DNA of 62,807 bases, counting the filler, from Platydemus manokwari (taxonomy: Eukaryota), in the NCBI GenBank assembly GCA_037951405.1. It is 5 parts of 5 records of this genome, joined end to end, with 100 filler letters (N's around TTAATTAATTAA, not from the genome) between each part and the next. Parts side by side here need not be neighbours in the genome. Positions count along the whole stretch, not along the records: positions 34,300 to 53,691 come from JBBMOY011955824.1; 4 more parts are not named here. One strand, written 5' to 3'. Each line of letters begins with the position of its first letter. Within the stretch, counting starts at the first letter, position 1. The position numbers and the translations under genes are program-made. This document shows, piece after piece, positions 37,801 to 51,718 of the stretch. The notes under the pieces are model-generated. The model searched no databases. It saw only the letters and a program-made list of their open reading frames with translations, and was not told the origin of the DNA.

Positions 37801-40800
37801 CCAACTATAAAATAAGCTTGTTTAATGGAATACATTTTTGTTCCTTCAATATTTTTTACCTAAGAGCTCTCCATTATAATTTTCATGAGATTGAGCCATT
37901 TTCAAAGAAAAAAAACCTTCAAACAAATCATCTATTCTTCTCCTAATTTGATACACAATAATACAATCAAGTCCCTTACTGTCAGAACCGTATTATATCT
38001 CGATCACCGATTAATATTAAAATTATATTGTATATACAGATAATATAAGCGGTTTATCTTCATTTTGTAAAGAAGAATATTCTTCAATACAATAAAAAAT
38101 GGGAAAAAAACCCAAATATTATTATATTGATATTATATTCATTATTTTTAGTTGCCTTTAAATTGATATTTCATTTATTGTTTGATTGGATCGGCGGTAT
38201 CTATTTTCGAATCATTTATTATAATTAACTTCACATCACTTCACCGTGAAGTGCGACGATTTGTTTAAGAAATGAATAAATATATAGCAAAAATCTATCG
38301 CCGAGAAAGATAATAGAATATTAAAATAAAATCATTTGTTGTGCATAAAAATAGCTCCGTGTTTAGCTGATAAAACAATTTTCATTCCTTAGATAAAATT
38401 TACCCAAACATTGAAAAAGTTCGATCAGTTGATGTCGAAGCAGATGTGAATGCTCTTCCAAAGAAACAGTTTGAAAAAAATATTACTGTTCTCCGATCAA
38501 TCGAAAAACTATATTGGGCCATGTATATGTATAATTGCTCTTGTCTTATGTCTGAAGGCTCACGTTGGTTAATTATTTTGCAATGACTTCTATTAATCTC
38601 TTTGTGGACAGCTTTTTTGGTTTATTGGAAAATCATAACAGAGTCACCGGAAAATTAATAATACTGTAAAAGTGCGCGATTCAAACTAAGATTCCTATCT
38701 TGTAACAATTGATATAGGAGGTTTGCTAGTAGCTGTAAAATCTGATTCACAGATCCTATTTTTATTGTGACTACTCATCGAATTCCTTAAACTTCATTTT
38801 TATCTTTAGATCACAATGGTGCAATAGGTAAACAAAACATAGAAGATGAAATATCTTACGATAAAAATTCTTAACCATTTACCATGTGAACTTATATAGG
38901 GAGTAGAATCTGATATCAACAAAAGAAAATTATTTCGATTTGCACAAATATAACCTGGAATGTAAGAATAACACTGGGAGAACTCACCATTTGAACAGTT
39001 AGGTAAATAGATTTTTGAAGGTTCAATCAGTAGTCCTACGTTGAGAAGTATCATATCGATTAAATCGCCTAACACAAGTGAAAGGTTTTGGTTTCTGAGA
39101 ATTGAGTGCAACTTTTATTCAGCTGATTTTACAAAACAACTAACATGTTGGCTCAGAAGTCAAGAGATTATTTATTTCAGCAAAAATCCTTCTTAATGAT
39201 TGATAGAGAAGTTTATAGAGTGGAATATATGCAGCGATTATAGCTTTACTAACATTGGTTGTGAATAAATCCAGAACTAAAATGAAGTTCTCAATGACAA
39301 ATAGCTGTATCAGCTTTTTCCAATTCAAACTGTGTCTGTATTTATCCATGAAAAATTTACATCATAAACGTTTATGTTTATGAAATCATCAATTCGGTAC
39401 AGTGATGCTGAACACAAGTAGCAACTTTAGCTATACCATTTGGTTTTGTCTTTGGAATGCTTTATGAGAAAATTGCCAAAAAGTATAAACTAAGAACCTC
39501 AACACAAAAATTTAAAAAATGTGAGCGTACAGCAAGAATTTCATCGATTATTTTTAGCATTTTAATTATAATTTTTGCTAATTTAGAATAGCTAGAAATA
39601 TCTTATTGTATAATAAAAAATTAATAAATCAAAAAAACTTGATCCGAGTTATTTTGAATAATAAATTTCGAAACTTACTAATTGTCGTGATATTCATTAA
39701 GCACCGGATAGGATTCATTAATATTGTTATTACAAAGTTATTAATCGATATTCGAAATTATTTACAATGGTATTCATCGATCCAATATAAACAAAATAAA
39801 ATATTTTCGTTTTATTTTACATTTCAACAAAAACAATAGTTTTTGTCTCATATCGACCTGATAGAAAGCGACTGAGATATCGAATGTTTGGTATAAATTC
39901 CGATTTTATTTGTGTGTATGTGTACAGTTAGACCAGGATAATATCAACTCGCTAGCTGACGATTGATTCGTTTTTTTACCAAAGGTTACTAATCAATTCT
40001 TTCGATTAATATCAATGTTAGTCTGATTTAGTTAAGAAATTTTAAAATTTCGTTTTTGGAAATTTTTAACATTACTTTAACAAGTTTATCTAAATTAGAT
40101 TGGCCTGATTGAAAGAGGGAATGGATTACATAATTTTTAAATATTTTGCTATAATCTACAAGATTCAGCTGAAGATATAAACAGCAATTTCAATTTTGAT
40201 TAATACGGTTTTGTTCTGGAATGGATGGGATGATATTAATCGATTTCGATTACATACAATATATTATTGGCTTCATTCAATTTATTAATGTGTGTGAGTT
40301 TAATGCAAAGATTTATGTGAACCAAGTTTACAAAAAATAAGCAAAATAACGAATAGTAAGTGAAAGCGAATCACATAAGTGAGACAATTGTTAAACAGTG
40401 TATTCGTGTTCCTATCGATTTCTGATGAGTAGAAAGAATTATAAAAACAGTTTATCATTAGATTACTTACCTGAATTGCATTTTAGTCCACTAGCAACTC
40501 TTATAACCTTTATATATAGCACAATTGTTTCAGAAAATTTGCTAATTAAAAGTATCAATATCTTATCTTAAATTTCTAATGTCAAAGCAAAATTTAAGTT
40601 TTTGCTCAATAGACTCATATCTACTAATGATATCAAATATAGACAGTATTCAATTAAAAGCACCATAAATAGCGTTTTATATTAAGAGAGCATTTCTGGA
40701 TATCGTTTGCATTAATTTTTATTCTTTAAATCTATATTGAGCGATATTGACCAGACTATTAAAACCCACACCGTTTCCATCAACAGTTCATATTGTACAC

Positions 40801-43800
40801 ATACATTATGGGATTATCGTTACTACTTTAATGAGAGGAATAATTGAAAAAAATAATAAAATACATAAATTTTTAATAATAAAATTTTATTGTATAAATA
40901 ATGTGTTTCGGCTTAATATTCCATCAAGTATTGGTGTATTTCAAAAAATAAGCGTTTAATGAATTGTTTTGGTTGTTACAAGTAAATGTAGGATTGGAAC
41001 GAAAGTCTTGCCCGATAGAAAATAATATTTATTTAACCAATAAAGACAATATGTAAATTGAGAAATCTAAACCAAACTTCATTCGTCTGTAAATCTAAAA
41101 TGTTGAAAATAGTCATCTTTAAGTTCCACACACTTTCACCAGCATTCTCGAAGTAGTTTTATGCCGTTTCCATAGAAATCCGCAGGTTTTGAAGCGAACC
41201 ACTTTTCCAAATCATCGTTAACTTCTTCAGCGAAGTTCTACGTTTTCCTATGAAGTAAGTCTTTCATAGGAGTAAATAGGTAATAGTCTGAAGGGGTAGA
41301 GTCTGGGGAGTATGGTGGATGCGGTATTACTGTAAAACCGATTTCAGCAAGCTTATTTTGAGTCAAACGTGCCGTAAGCAGTTGGGCGTTATCGTGAAGG
41401 AAATAGAACTTTTCAAAATTGTTTCCACACAACCGATGCCTCTTTTCTCGATTGATGTTCTGTTTATATTTCCAATTTACATATTGTCTTTATTGGTGAG
41501 ATAAATATTATTTTCTATTGGCCAAGACTTTCATTCCAATCTTATATATGCATAATTATAATTAAAATCAATACTTATTTACAATATAAGTGTCATCATT
41601 CCAATTAATAATTATCAAGTGAATTTCGGTAGTTGTTCCACAATCACAATTTTATCATGTGATTCTATGTAAATAAATTGAAAATCTTAAGTGATAACTT
41701 CGATCAAAACTTATATCATTTGATAGTGACGTATTTATTGAACAAAGTATCAAGATCGAAATATACCAAACACAAACATCTCAATTATTTTCGACATCAG
41801 CAACCTTTTCATGGATAATTTTAATACACACAGGCCATAATTTTCATTTATAATACACAATAATTATCGCAGCTCAACTTTGACCAATGGCATTCTTATA
41901 TTATCAGATCTTATTTCCATTCGACCATGACATATTGATATAATGAAGCAGATCAACCGTGAAATGAAATGTTTACAAATTCATTTATTCGAATCTTACA
42001 AAATAATCTTCATCATGAAGCTTCATAAGACCGAAATTCGTAATTTATTTATTTTTATCTAGTTCCTATCTGCTGAGACATAGCACAGTGATGATATATT
42101 TGAATCGATTTATAAATTTTTAAATATCGGTTTTATATCCAATCAAAATCAAAATAAATTGTCCCATATTGAGGAAAGTTTTTCTTTGATATCAAATTTT
42201 CGACAAAAAATGGCTTAGTTGATAAAATATTGCGATTAGAAATGTATCCATAATTTAAATCAATAAATAATTATCATTGTAAAATTTATAAATGGACCAG
42301 TGATTTTCAACCTAGGTTCCGCTAAATTCCTGCACTACGGACAATCATTTGTTACTCAACTTGTTTCCAGTTAGAGACAAAAATAAATCAACAGTTTTCT
42401 ACACGGAAAACATCATTTAAAATAGCATTTTCAGTTGCTTATGTTAGGTTAATTGAAATGAATAACTAAACTACTGTGACCAGGTATTTTTTTACGAGAT
42501 CGCTTCGTTATTGATACTTTAACAAATAATATTTTTCAACATATTTACAAGTATTATTCACATGAAAATTTTAAGAATAAGATGAGTGCTATGGAGTTCC
42601 GCGTGGAACTAGGTTCGAAAAACACTGGAACAGACTCTATATCTCATAATTTTCATATTGATTTAATTACTTAGGTTTGAATTTTGAATCGATAAAGACT
42701 AAACATGAAGTGAACAAAACAAAATGTCAAATATTCACATTTTTCCAGTCCTATATTTAAAATTTTGCCTATCACTGAAATGATTACCACCAGTAAAATA
42801 ATCAAAATATTATATTTACCTGATAAGAATCGAAAACCACAACGAGTATAGGTGAAACTAAAACTTGTAATTGTGTTTCACTGTGACCCTTATCCATTTC
42901 AAATCCAATACAATCGACGAAAACAGTAGGACAGAACGTTCCATCAGATGAACTGTGCTGCATTTGGAAACAATTTCATTGTAATTCAAATCATCATAAT
43001 CCCACTTATTACCTTAAGCAGATGACCTTGAACATTATGAGCGCTGAAATTGATTTTTGCCGCAAAAGGTCGATAATCACGAGGATCAATGATTGTGTTG
43101 CTGGTTCGTGAGCGAATGATGTCGGCTTGTTGAGTAGATGAAATTTGTGGACCGTTGAAATTGGTCGGTATTTGATTTTCACCAAAATAATTCTCCTATT
43201 AATCAGTAGTATTCAATCAACTTCAATTATAATAGACATTACAAACAAAATCATTTTGGTATGCATGACTGACTTTATTGATCTTATGCTTTACTCTATA
43301 CCATACAATATTTTATTGAACAAAATAGTAACTCGCCATTTTATTATTTATTGGTTGGTTTCAACAAATACTCCAGGGGATTCAGAGATTTTGGGAGGAT
43401 AAACAAAGAAGAACCAGAGGCATCTGTGCTAAACTCAATTCCAATTAGACAAAAGAACAAAACAGGGACTGCATTTTCAAATAATTTTTCTACACGATAA
43501 CATCCTTTACAGTTTTCTTTCAAAAAGGCATTTTCGGTTGAATTGTTTTAACCCCATAGAAATGAAAAACTAAACTAAAGTTAGAAAGTGCATTGTTATG
43601 CATTTTTCAACATATTTACGACTATTGTTCACACCTAATTATAAGAATAATGTGAACGGTGTCGGGGTTCCAAGACGAACAATGTGTTCGTAAACGGTTC
43701 CAAACCGACGAAACAGTTGAAAAACTTTAATATAAGACGGATAACTGATAGATTTGAATGAAAAATACATGTTAACTCTTCATAAACAGATATTTCCTTG

Positions 43801-46800
43801 ATAATTCAATAATATGCAATTTCAAGGCTCATTTTTCACTGGTGAGTATCGATAGAAATATGAGAAATACATGAAGATTATCTGTACATACTCAATTACT
43901 TAAGAAAAAATATAATTCTTCTAAAATCCATCGAAATCCCTATGCTGGGAAGCTTAAAAATTCTCAATTCTTAATATCGGTTGAGAAATAATACTAATAA
44001 TAATATTTTTAAAATGATTAGAAAACCCGATTTTTCGATTTGTGTGTGTGCGTGCAAGGATTACTTTGAGAATATTGATGAAATATAAGTTAAAGAATGA
44101 AGGAGAACTTTTCTTTTCTTAAGCATATTATTGAGGAAATACATATCTATAATTGATTTGAATACTCTCTCAATATGAATAATATAGTACCGGAAATAAT
44201 CATTTTCAGTCTTTCAATGCTAAAGTAAAATTCATTCCACAAAATTGAGTTAGACAGTGCGTATATGAAATTATTGTCGTAAATCAAAAAATTCATAATA
44301 TCTCGGATATGAATAACAGTTCAATGTGACACGTTTCTACTTCTATCTCATGATCATAAATCAACTAACAGGTTACAAGAGAACATTAAATGCATTAGAA
44401 TTCTATGACAAACAACAATGATCACAATAATAGTTATAATCTGTATTATAGTAATATCATTTAACTATCTTATAATACTTGGAATAATGATCTACAAAAT
44501 ACTTGAAGAGAATTTCTAACGAAAAATAATTCCTAATTATAATATCGACGTATTTGTCAGATGGATATTTTGCTGGAAAATATAATCAATAATTCTGAGA
44601 CTGGAAAATATAATCAATAATGCTGAGAATGGAATAAATCAAAAAATCAATTAAGTAAATAAATAATGTTAATGAAAATAATAATAATTATTATTATAAC
44701 GTCACGGTAACTATAGAATTAATTCTGTTATATTCTGATAATAGCCCACAAAATTATTGAGCTCTGAAAGAATCACTAACGGTATAATTGGTCTGTAATA
44801 GTAATTCGAGATAATTGAGCACTGACAATGAATAAAAGCAACGAAGAAATTATGAAAAAAATAGAAAAAAGAATAAAAACGAAAAGAAAAGATATTTCTT
44901 CTGGTCTTTTTCATTGAAGGATTTTCTTTATTTCTATTTCATTTGATTCTTTACATTATTCTCTCTAAAATCATCATTTTTTGTTTGCTTTATATATTTA
45001 ATATTCCATTTCGGTTTTCTTCTCACATCAATCTATTCTCACTATTTTCTTATTCTCCATTGGATTGTATTATATGATATATACCATGTAATATATGATC
45101 ATCATTCATGTGTTTAAGCACTCTCCACACATTTTTAAATCGCCCACCCATTCAGAACCCTTAAACACAATTGACTACAATTCAATTTCAACTCGATCCA
45201 AAACTCGTGCATACAAGAAAATACCAAATATATCAGTGATTCCATAAACCAATTTGATATTGATGACATTGCAGGCAATTTCTTTACTGCACGATAAGAG
45301 TTGATATAAAACGTTTCCTAGATAATGATGAAAAGAATTTAAAATCATTTAGTGATATTTAGCAATGGATTTTTATTTGAGTCACAAATTTTATGGTGAA
45401 AAACAAATTAGGGCCGTCCTGTGATGCTAACCAATAAACCCAAGGCATTCTCAACTATTTAAGTAGCACAAAACCCTTTGTGAATAGAAGATAAAATAAA
45501 TAATTAAACACCTTGATGTGTAAAATATGTCTGAGGAGGGAACCATAAATACAGACGATTCCTGACGATATTTTTACATTCAATTCCAACAGATCCGGTT
45601 CCATGTACGATGCATCGAAACAAGAACTTTTCAAAAAATCCAATGTCGGACCAGTTTGAAGTTGGCCTTCCGGACGTAAAGAACTAAGTGGATCTTCGGC
45701 AAGCTAGAATAAAAACACAATAAGTACTCTTTGAAAATAAAATGTTTTTTGTCAACCGGAACGGATGGATGCTTGTTCAGTACTGCGAGATTCATCATTT
45801 CAGGAGGCATGAATTCCCAAAAGTTTTTCACTTTATACATTGAATGATGATAATATCTGATATCTACATTAACTTCCGGAGAAAATATACAATCAATCCA
45901 GTGGATTTTCCGCCTGTGACATTAAACATATGGTTTCATTTGTAAATATAAATATCATTTGTAGAATATACCTTTTATTAATCGGTTTATGTTCCTGACC
46001 TTTAACATATTCGGTGGTTATTTTGAACAAATCATCACTTGGCATTGGTTTACAATCACCATCAACTAATCTCATGTGACTATGCAATTCTTTGGTGATG
46101 AACAACGATGTACTGGTTTCTGGAATGCTCAGTTGACAAATGACATGAGACGCCTATGAAATGTCATAATAGACCAATCAATTCAATCAATCGACAATGA
46201 AAAGCTCTTACATTCAATTGTATGTGATAAGGAATACTTTCTGGGAGAAAATCAATAAATGGCATTGTAATGTGGAGCAAAGCATGTTGAGCTCTGAATG
46301 CCACGTGAGCTGAGAAATGAAACGTACTTTTACAATTGTATATCGATAAACAATACAAAAATATTGTATGAAATAAATAAAAATCTCATTAATAGGTGGA
46401 AATTTCTCGATTACGAGAAATTCGAACAAAATTCTATTACATTGAAAAGACAATAACTTTTTTGCAATTCTATAGCCAAGTTTATTTTCATATACCAACA
46501 ATAAAACGTAAAACAATAGAATAAACAATATGAAGAAGCAGTTCTAAAATTATTTAGCAGCAATATTGATCATCGCGTTCTATTTTAATAACTCCTTGGC
46601 TTATGAGTATTACGTATATCAGATTTTATGAAATATATCAGTTCGCTAGAACCATACGTACCATGTTACCATCAAAAATTCATTTGTAATTATATAATTG
46701 TTTTGATTTTACTACACAAATTATAAAGATCACGTCGATTAGCATCTCAAATATGTGAAGCAAGCATGATTAAAATTGAAAAACGGTTGAGGACTGTTAT

Positions 46801-49800
46801 TAATCACATACGATTCATACTTGATTTGCCTATCTAGCAACGTGCATCAGTGATGGTTGTTCACAAGTTGACTCCATGTTCATGTCGTATAGCTCAGCCG
46901 AGACATTCATTAGAGTGAAAACAATCAAACGAAAACTTAACGCAATCTCTTCAAAGATTTTTAACACAGAAATTTTTTTAAAATTCCTAAAAATAGGCTG
47001 TTTGATTTGATTTTTCTTTTATTTGAGCAGTTCTATCATATTTTTATGAACACAATTTGCTTGCATTTTTGTCATCTCTGAGGTATATCAACATCCAATG
47101 AAAATGAATTAAATTGTTAATATTATCTATAACTCATGACGAGTTATTATCCTACTAAAAATGAAACTCCTCAAATGTTTCAAACGAAAATGTAATTGTT
47201 AGGAGTATTGATATTTATAACTATTCCGTCATAAAGATGAAAAATCATCCAAATAGACAACAAATAGAACAACATATTGTGATACATTTTCGATTATATT
47301 ATATTTATAACTCGGAGAACTGTGCAACATATTTGCGGTAACTATTTACAGGGTATGTATGGAACACATTATAAATATCCTGACTTCTAATTCAAAAAAC
47401 CAATCAAAAGAATTTCCATTGAAAGGTAATTATTTTCTTTCAACTGTTGCCTCTAAATGGTTGGTAACATGTTTGAAGTCAGAATGAGTACTGTAATTAC
47501 AATTTTAAAACGAAAAAAATCTTTGGAAAATCAAATTTTATTAATCCAACCGTCTGAAAAATTCGATTCGTAAATATACGAAAAACAAAGTCAACGAAAT
47601 TAAAATTAGAGACAGATTAGAAAACACATGACAATCAACACGCGCAGACACGCATGTAAACCCACTTACACGCACACATGTCTATCTATGTTAAACATGA
47701 CGTGTGTCCAATCAACGTAAAGTAGCCCGATAAAAATTATTCGATATTCTGAAATCAGATATTTTTAAGAAACCGTATTAAAGGAGATTAATAAATTTTT
47801 AATTAAAAGAATGGATATTTTCATCTTATTTGATTTACACCACCGTGAATATCGATATAAATTTAATCGAACATAAGCTTCCATATATCATAGAAATGAA
47901 AAGAAATAATTCGAAAATAAATCCATTATTTTCGTTTATCATGCCAATGGAATCTGCCAATCCTCCAATATCGTTAATTGATAATAAATCAAAACGTCTG
48001 TCAAAAATTAAATGGTGTAACTTCCTCTTATGTAATATTGGTATATCGTTGCATAATATGAAGACATCTATAGCATTACAATTATTAGAGCACTAATCTT
48101 TTGAATAAAATTATATCTTTCATGGTATTTAAAATACTGCAACGTAAAATTATGCTATCTTGTAACCGAGGTTTTATTGAAAATCACTTTATTTATTTAG
48201 CCATATATATGGTTTTCACAATACGACATTTATAATTGTAGATATGTAAATATCTTAGTGACCTGTCTGGTTATTTTTATTTTATTTATATTGACAAATT
48301 CACTTATACTATAAGAACGATGTCATCACGTCTACCTTTCAAACATTGATTTGACATGTCCAATAAATGTATATAAAGAAAATCACTTTTAAATTGATTT
48401 GATAACCTGCATTCGATTTTTTCTACTTATACAACATGTTAACTTTGATTTCAGTAGTGACTTCATAATATTTTATGCGAGTTCGAATGTAGTCGAAATG
48501 AAATGGAATAATATAGTGAAAGAACAAAAGAAAAAAATCGTTTATTAAACTGGATTATTATATTGATTTCTTTAATATTGTTGCGATCATCATTGGTGAT
48601 CGTGCCTTTGTCAATTGCAATAAGTAGCACCGGGAATTTTAATAATACTACTTCTAATCATTGGCACCTATTTTCATCAGAATTTGGTTCCTTATTAGAA
48701 TATTTTTACTCACTCTTATTATTTTGACCATAAAATATTTCAAATACATTTCAAAACAAAGTGCCCGTGTCGAATCGAAACAAATGGTTTAAATGAGAGT
48801 TTATTATTAATATATTTATAATCCTGTTCCAGTCTTAATATTGGCCATAGATTATTTGATTTAGATTTTGAATCATTAGAAGGAAAAATCAATAATTACT
48901 TTCGAAAATTAAAACAAAGATTACTAATGCAGTAAATGACTAATAAATAGAAATGTGACAGAAAACCTGGATAAGATTATCGATTTATTTCCCATATTTT
49001 AAAATATCCAAAACCTCTAAAATAATTAAAAAATAACCTCCTCTTGATAAATTAATGCCTTCGATTATCGAAAAAGCTGGACAAAAAATAAATCCGTCGA
49101 TTAAGGGAAATACATTACTTTAACTTGTTCATTGGCTGGATTCGATAAAAGACGTTTATCCGGATAAAAAACGACTTCAGAAATGATATTCTTACTGGTT
49201 AAAGATTTCAAAGATAATGCCAACAATACATATTTGGTTTATCCTGATGAAAACCACCCGATATTTCAATAATTCCGAACAATATTACTATCGAAAATAG
49301 AAATTTCATTTCTATATCAAATATCTGATTTTCAAAGCTCTCCAAACGGATATTTAATATCAATAAAATAATTAAATTTATTACAAAAAATAATGCAATA
49401 AATAGATATTTATTCGTGGTGCTTTTTACCAGTTTGGAAACGTATTGTTTGCGGATTTACCAGCGAAACATTAGCTTTTAATGACCAAATTATTAATGTG
49501 ACGTATTGTGGAACATTTGTGACGACTTAAAAGAGGATCTGGTGTATGGCACAAATTCATAATCGAAGCATCAACATAAATCTCAGACATGAGTTAGTTG
49601 GACTGTCTGTTAAGATCATCCATAGAAATCATAGCCAGTACAGTGAACATTAATGCTAATTATTTTACATCATTCAGACAATAAGAAATCATGTTATTGA
49701 TTATTTCTTCAAAATGGAAGATAATAATATTAAAAAAAACGTACAGATTCATTGAATCAAGATCCGGAATGTTAATCAATAAGAAAAGTCATTCACTTAT

Positions 49801-51718
49801 CTCGTCTTTTACCTGAACGCAAATTTCCCATATGGGCCTTTGAAATTAGCTAAATGCACTTGATGAAGTTGCATGTGCTTTCCTTTATGGATGAAATTCA
49901 CATCACGATATAACTAGAACTATAAAAGGATATCCCCCTACAAGTTACTCGGTTTATTAGATACAATGGACTTTTAATGTTGTTGAAAATATAAAATAAT
50001 TCGTTAGATTTGCTATACAAACCCAGTGATAAATAAATTATATAAAGACAATTACATAATAAAAGGGGAAATGTATTAAATAATTATTACGTTAATTAAA
50101 TGAAACAAAAACATGAATCAGAGCACCCAACCAACTCCTTTGATATTATCATAATTAAAAACCAATTCTCCGCTTAGTATCGATTTTATATTAATTTATT
50201 TCGATTGATATCGTCGCTTTTAACTACCTCTTGTTTATAAAGAGTTTCATGATAAAAAGCAAAAACAATTCCCATTATATTTCCTTCATGTAATACTGTG
50301 GTTTGTGTCTCATTTTATTTCACAGTTTCAACATAAAAGTCGATTTTTGTTGATAAATGGTTTTTTGCCATCGTTCCAGAGTTTCAAAACAACTAAAACA
50401 GTCACATACACAAAGCAGTAAATCTCAAAGCTCATATTTGAAAACCAAAAACTGAAAATCATCAAAGCTTCTATAAAACATAAAAGCTATTTAAAGTGTT
50501 AAATAATGGCGAGAAAAAAAATATAATATCGTTAGTTTCACGAAAAATGATCATTTAATTATAATTTTGATAGCTCTAGTTCAACTAAGCTATTGTTGAC
50601 TCTAAGATGTATCATTGGTTGATTTCGGTTTTTGAATAATGTTTATCGGCTTTTTTAATAGGTTCTTTTTTGAGCCGATGACGTGACATTAACCGACCAC
50701 AACTCTTTCAATAATTTTAAAGTCAGAGTTTAGTAAAATATTAATAAAATATACAGACGTTATTTTATTGGTTCGTTTCTCACTAATGTCTATCCTAATC
50801 AAGGTACTGTTGAGCTACATGTCGTTCAATATCCGCATACATTCTCATTCAACGGCTGTTCACAATTAAGCGACAGTTGTAAGTTTGATAGCATAGACTT
50901 TGTCGTTTAAATACCGGCATTAAAAGCTTATTTGTACGAGTTAAACGCAGGAGATATTCTATGAAATCATTAACGAGAATCCATGTGGTGGGTAAGATGA
51001 TGTCAATGATCTAACAACGTGAAAGTATACTGTGATCCTCAGCTATCTTACATTAACAACACAATAAAATGTCTGTAAATTCTATTAAATTCTTAACTAG
51101 AATTATTTATAGCCTGCAAACATTTTTGGAAAACATTTTATTAATATAGCAAAATCAAGGTTATTGTGGATATATCAATTAAGTCACTGATAAATGACTA
51201 TTACGAAATTTCGAACAAAATTACCATTCTCGTCACTGGGTGCAATCCAATTGTAGTCATTGGCATACAATATAAACAAGCTATCTTTAGCGTCGATTTT
51301 AAAATCATAAACAAACGGAACAAATTTGCACAGATCAGCGTATTCATCGGACACCCAATCGTTGATTAGATCTAAACGAGTTGAAAAAAGATTTAAGAAG
51401 TCAAATATGTTTTGTGAAAATAATTCCAACAAACACACCCATGAAAAAATTCTTATAATCAAATACGAGTTTGCACCGGGCTTTGGCAAGTTTGAAATCA
51501 AAGTTCCACGTTTGCATAGCATTCCATACACGGGGATAATGCATTTCAACTTTGAGATCCAATTCTTCAGTGGTGAGGAAGTCTGAACTTAGATGCGATA
51601 AGTTGCATGATGAATGGGGAAAGCTGCCTTGAATTGTAGATGTATAACCTTCTTCTGGAACGGTCCATGGTATACAGATATCAACGAAGCATTTATTATT
51701 TGATTCCAACATCATTGT
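34817..51718 (-). CDS. BLTP1: Bridge-like lipid transfer protein 1 (KIAA1109/tweek/Csf1 family), partial: nine internal exons
   Basis: Exons (minus): 51439-51718, 51225-51371, 46212-46309, 45972-46153, 45757-45913, 45512-45703, 43013-43195, 42820-42957, 34817-35086. All are GT-AG and phase-compatible. Peptides matching KIAA1109 in order: IPWTVPEEGYT..YPRVWNAMQTW..KNFFMDLINDW..FVPFVYDFKI..ANDYNWI; MPFIDFLP; IYGSLLRHILHIKENYFGE; CPTVFVDCIGFEMDKGHSETQLQVLVSP; GLQIRGHAMF..IEYGWL..CQH. Confidence 0.92.
35265..36110 (-). mobile_element. Internally deleted mariner element in a BLTP1 intron
   Basis: TIRs ttgggttggtgca.. (35267) and ..aactgcacgaatttatgcaccaacccaa-TA (36081-36110). ATG at 35958 gives MECQVDKNANFRHLLLLYFNQ (mariner HTH), then RSSRPSDFDKDSL..STRALEQAMDCDHTTISRHLKKIG..GIPHLL joined directly to C-terminal IEEFFDQ. 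The DD34D core is missing. Confidence 0.9.
38330..39520 (-). mobile_element. Decayed hAT-superfamily (DUF659/CGGBP-like) transposase remnant
   Basis: VSKAIIAAYIPLYKL (cf. LC.ALLAANIPL.KL), NFLLLISDSTPYISSHGKWLRIF (cf. VLLFVTDAAPYMVKAGK.LKVF) and TSTDRTFSMF (cf. TSVDVERSFS..K). Many disruptions. Confidence 0.65.
40989..41544 (-). mobile_element. Non-autonomous mariner derivative (556 bp) with ~95-bp terminal inverted arms
   Basis: Arms ta(g/a)gattggaa(c/t)gaaagtcttg(c/g)cc(g/a)atagaaaataatattt..accaataaagacaatatgtaaattg.. are inverted at both ends. The interior encodes FLHDNA..TQNKLAEIGFTVIPHPPYSPDSTPSDYYLF..WFASKPADFYGNGI (mariner YSPDL motif region). Confidence 0.92.
42298..42627. mobile_element. 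hAT (Charlie/Buster-like) MITE
   Basis: TIR CAGTGATTTTCAACCTAG..CTAGGTTCGAAAAACACTG. The 8-bp flanks aaatggac / gaacagac match at 5 of 8 positions (degenerate TSD). Subterminal g(g/a)ttccgc motifs are present. Confidence 0.7.
43560..43735. mobile_element. Partial relative of the 42298-42627 MITE
   Basis: tttttcaacatatttacgactattgttcacacctaattataagaataa is similar to 42532-42580 tttttcaacatatttacaagtattattcacatgaaaattttaagaataa. It ends in ..gttgaaaaactt. Confidence 0.5.
44573..44635. repeat. 28-bp tandem duplication
   Basis: ctggaaaatataatcaataa(t/t)(t/g)ctgaga occurs twice. Confidence 0.85.

Noticed and set aside
44820-45060. Purine-rich tract switching to a pyrimidine-rich tract (possible hairpin or triplex)
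   Set aside because: Low complexity with no specific base-paired stem identifiable.
50810-51000. IPALKAYLYELNAGDIL..IINENP..WW, reminiscent of a MAGUK SH3 domain
   Set aside because: Short, requires frameshifts, and no supporting neighbouring exons were found.
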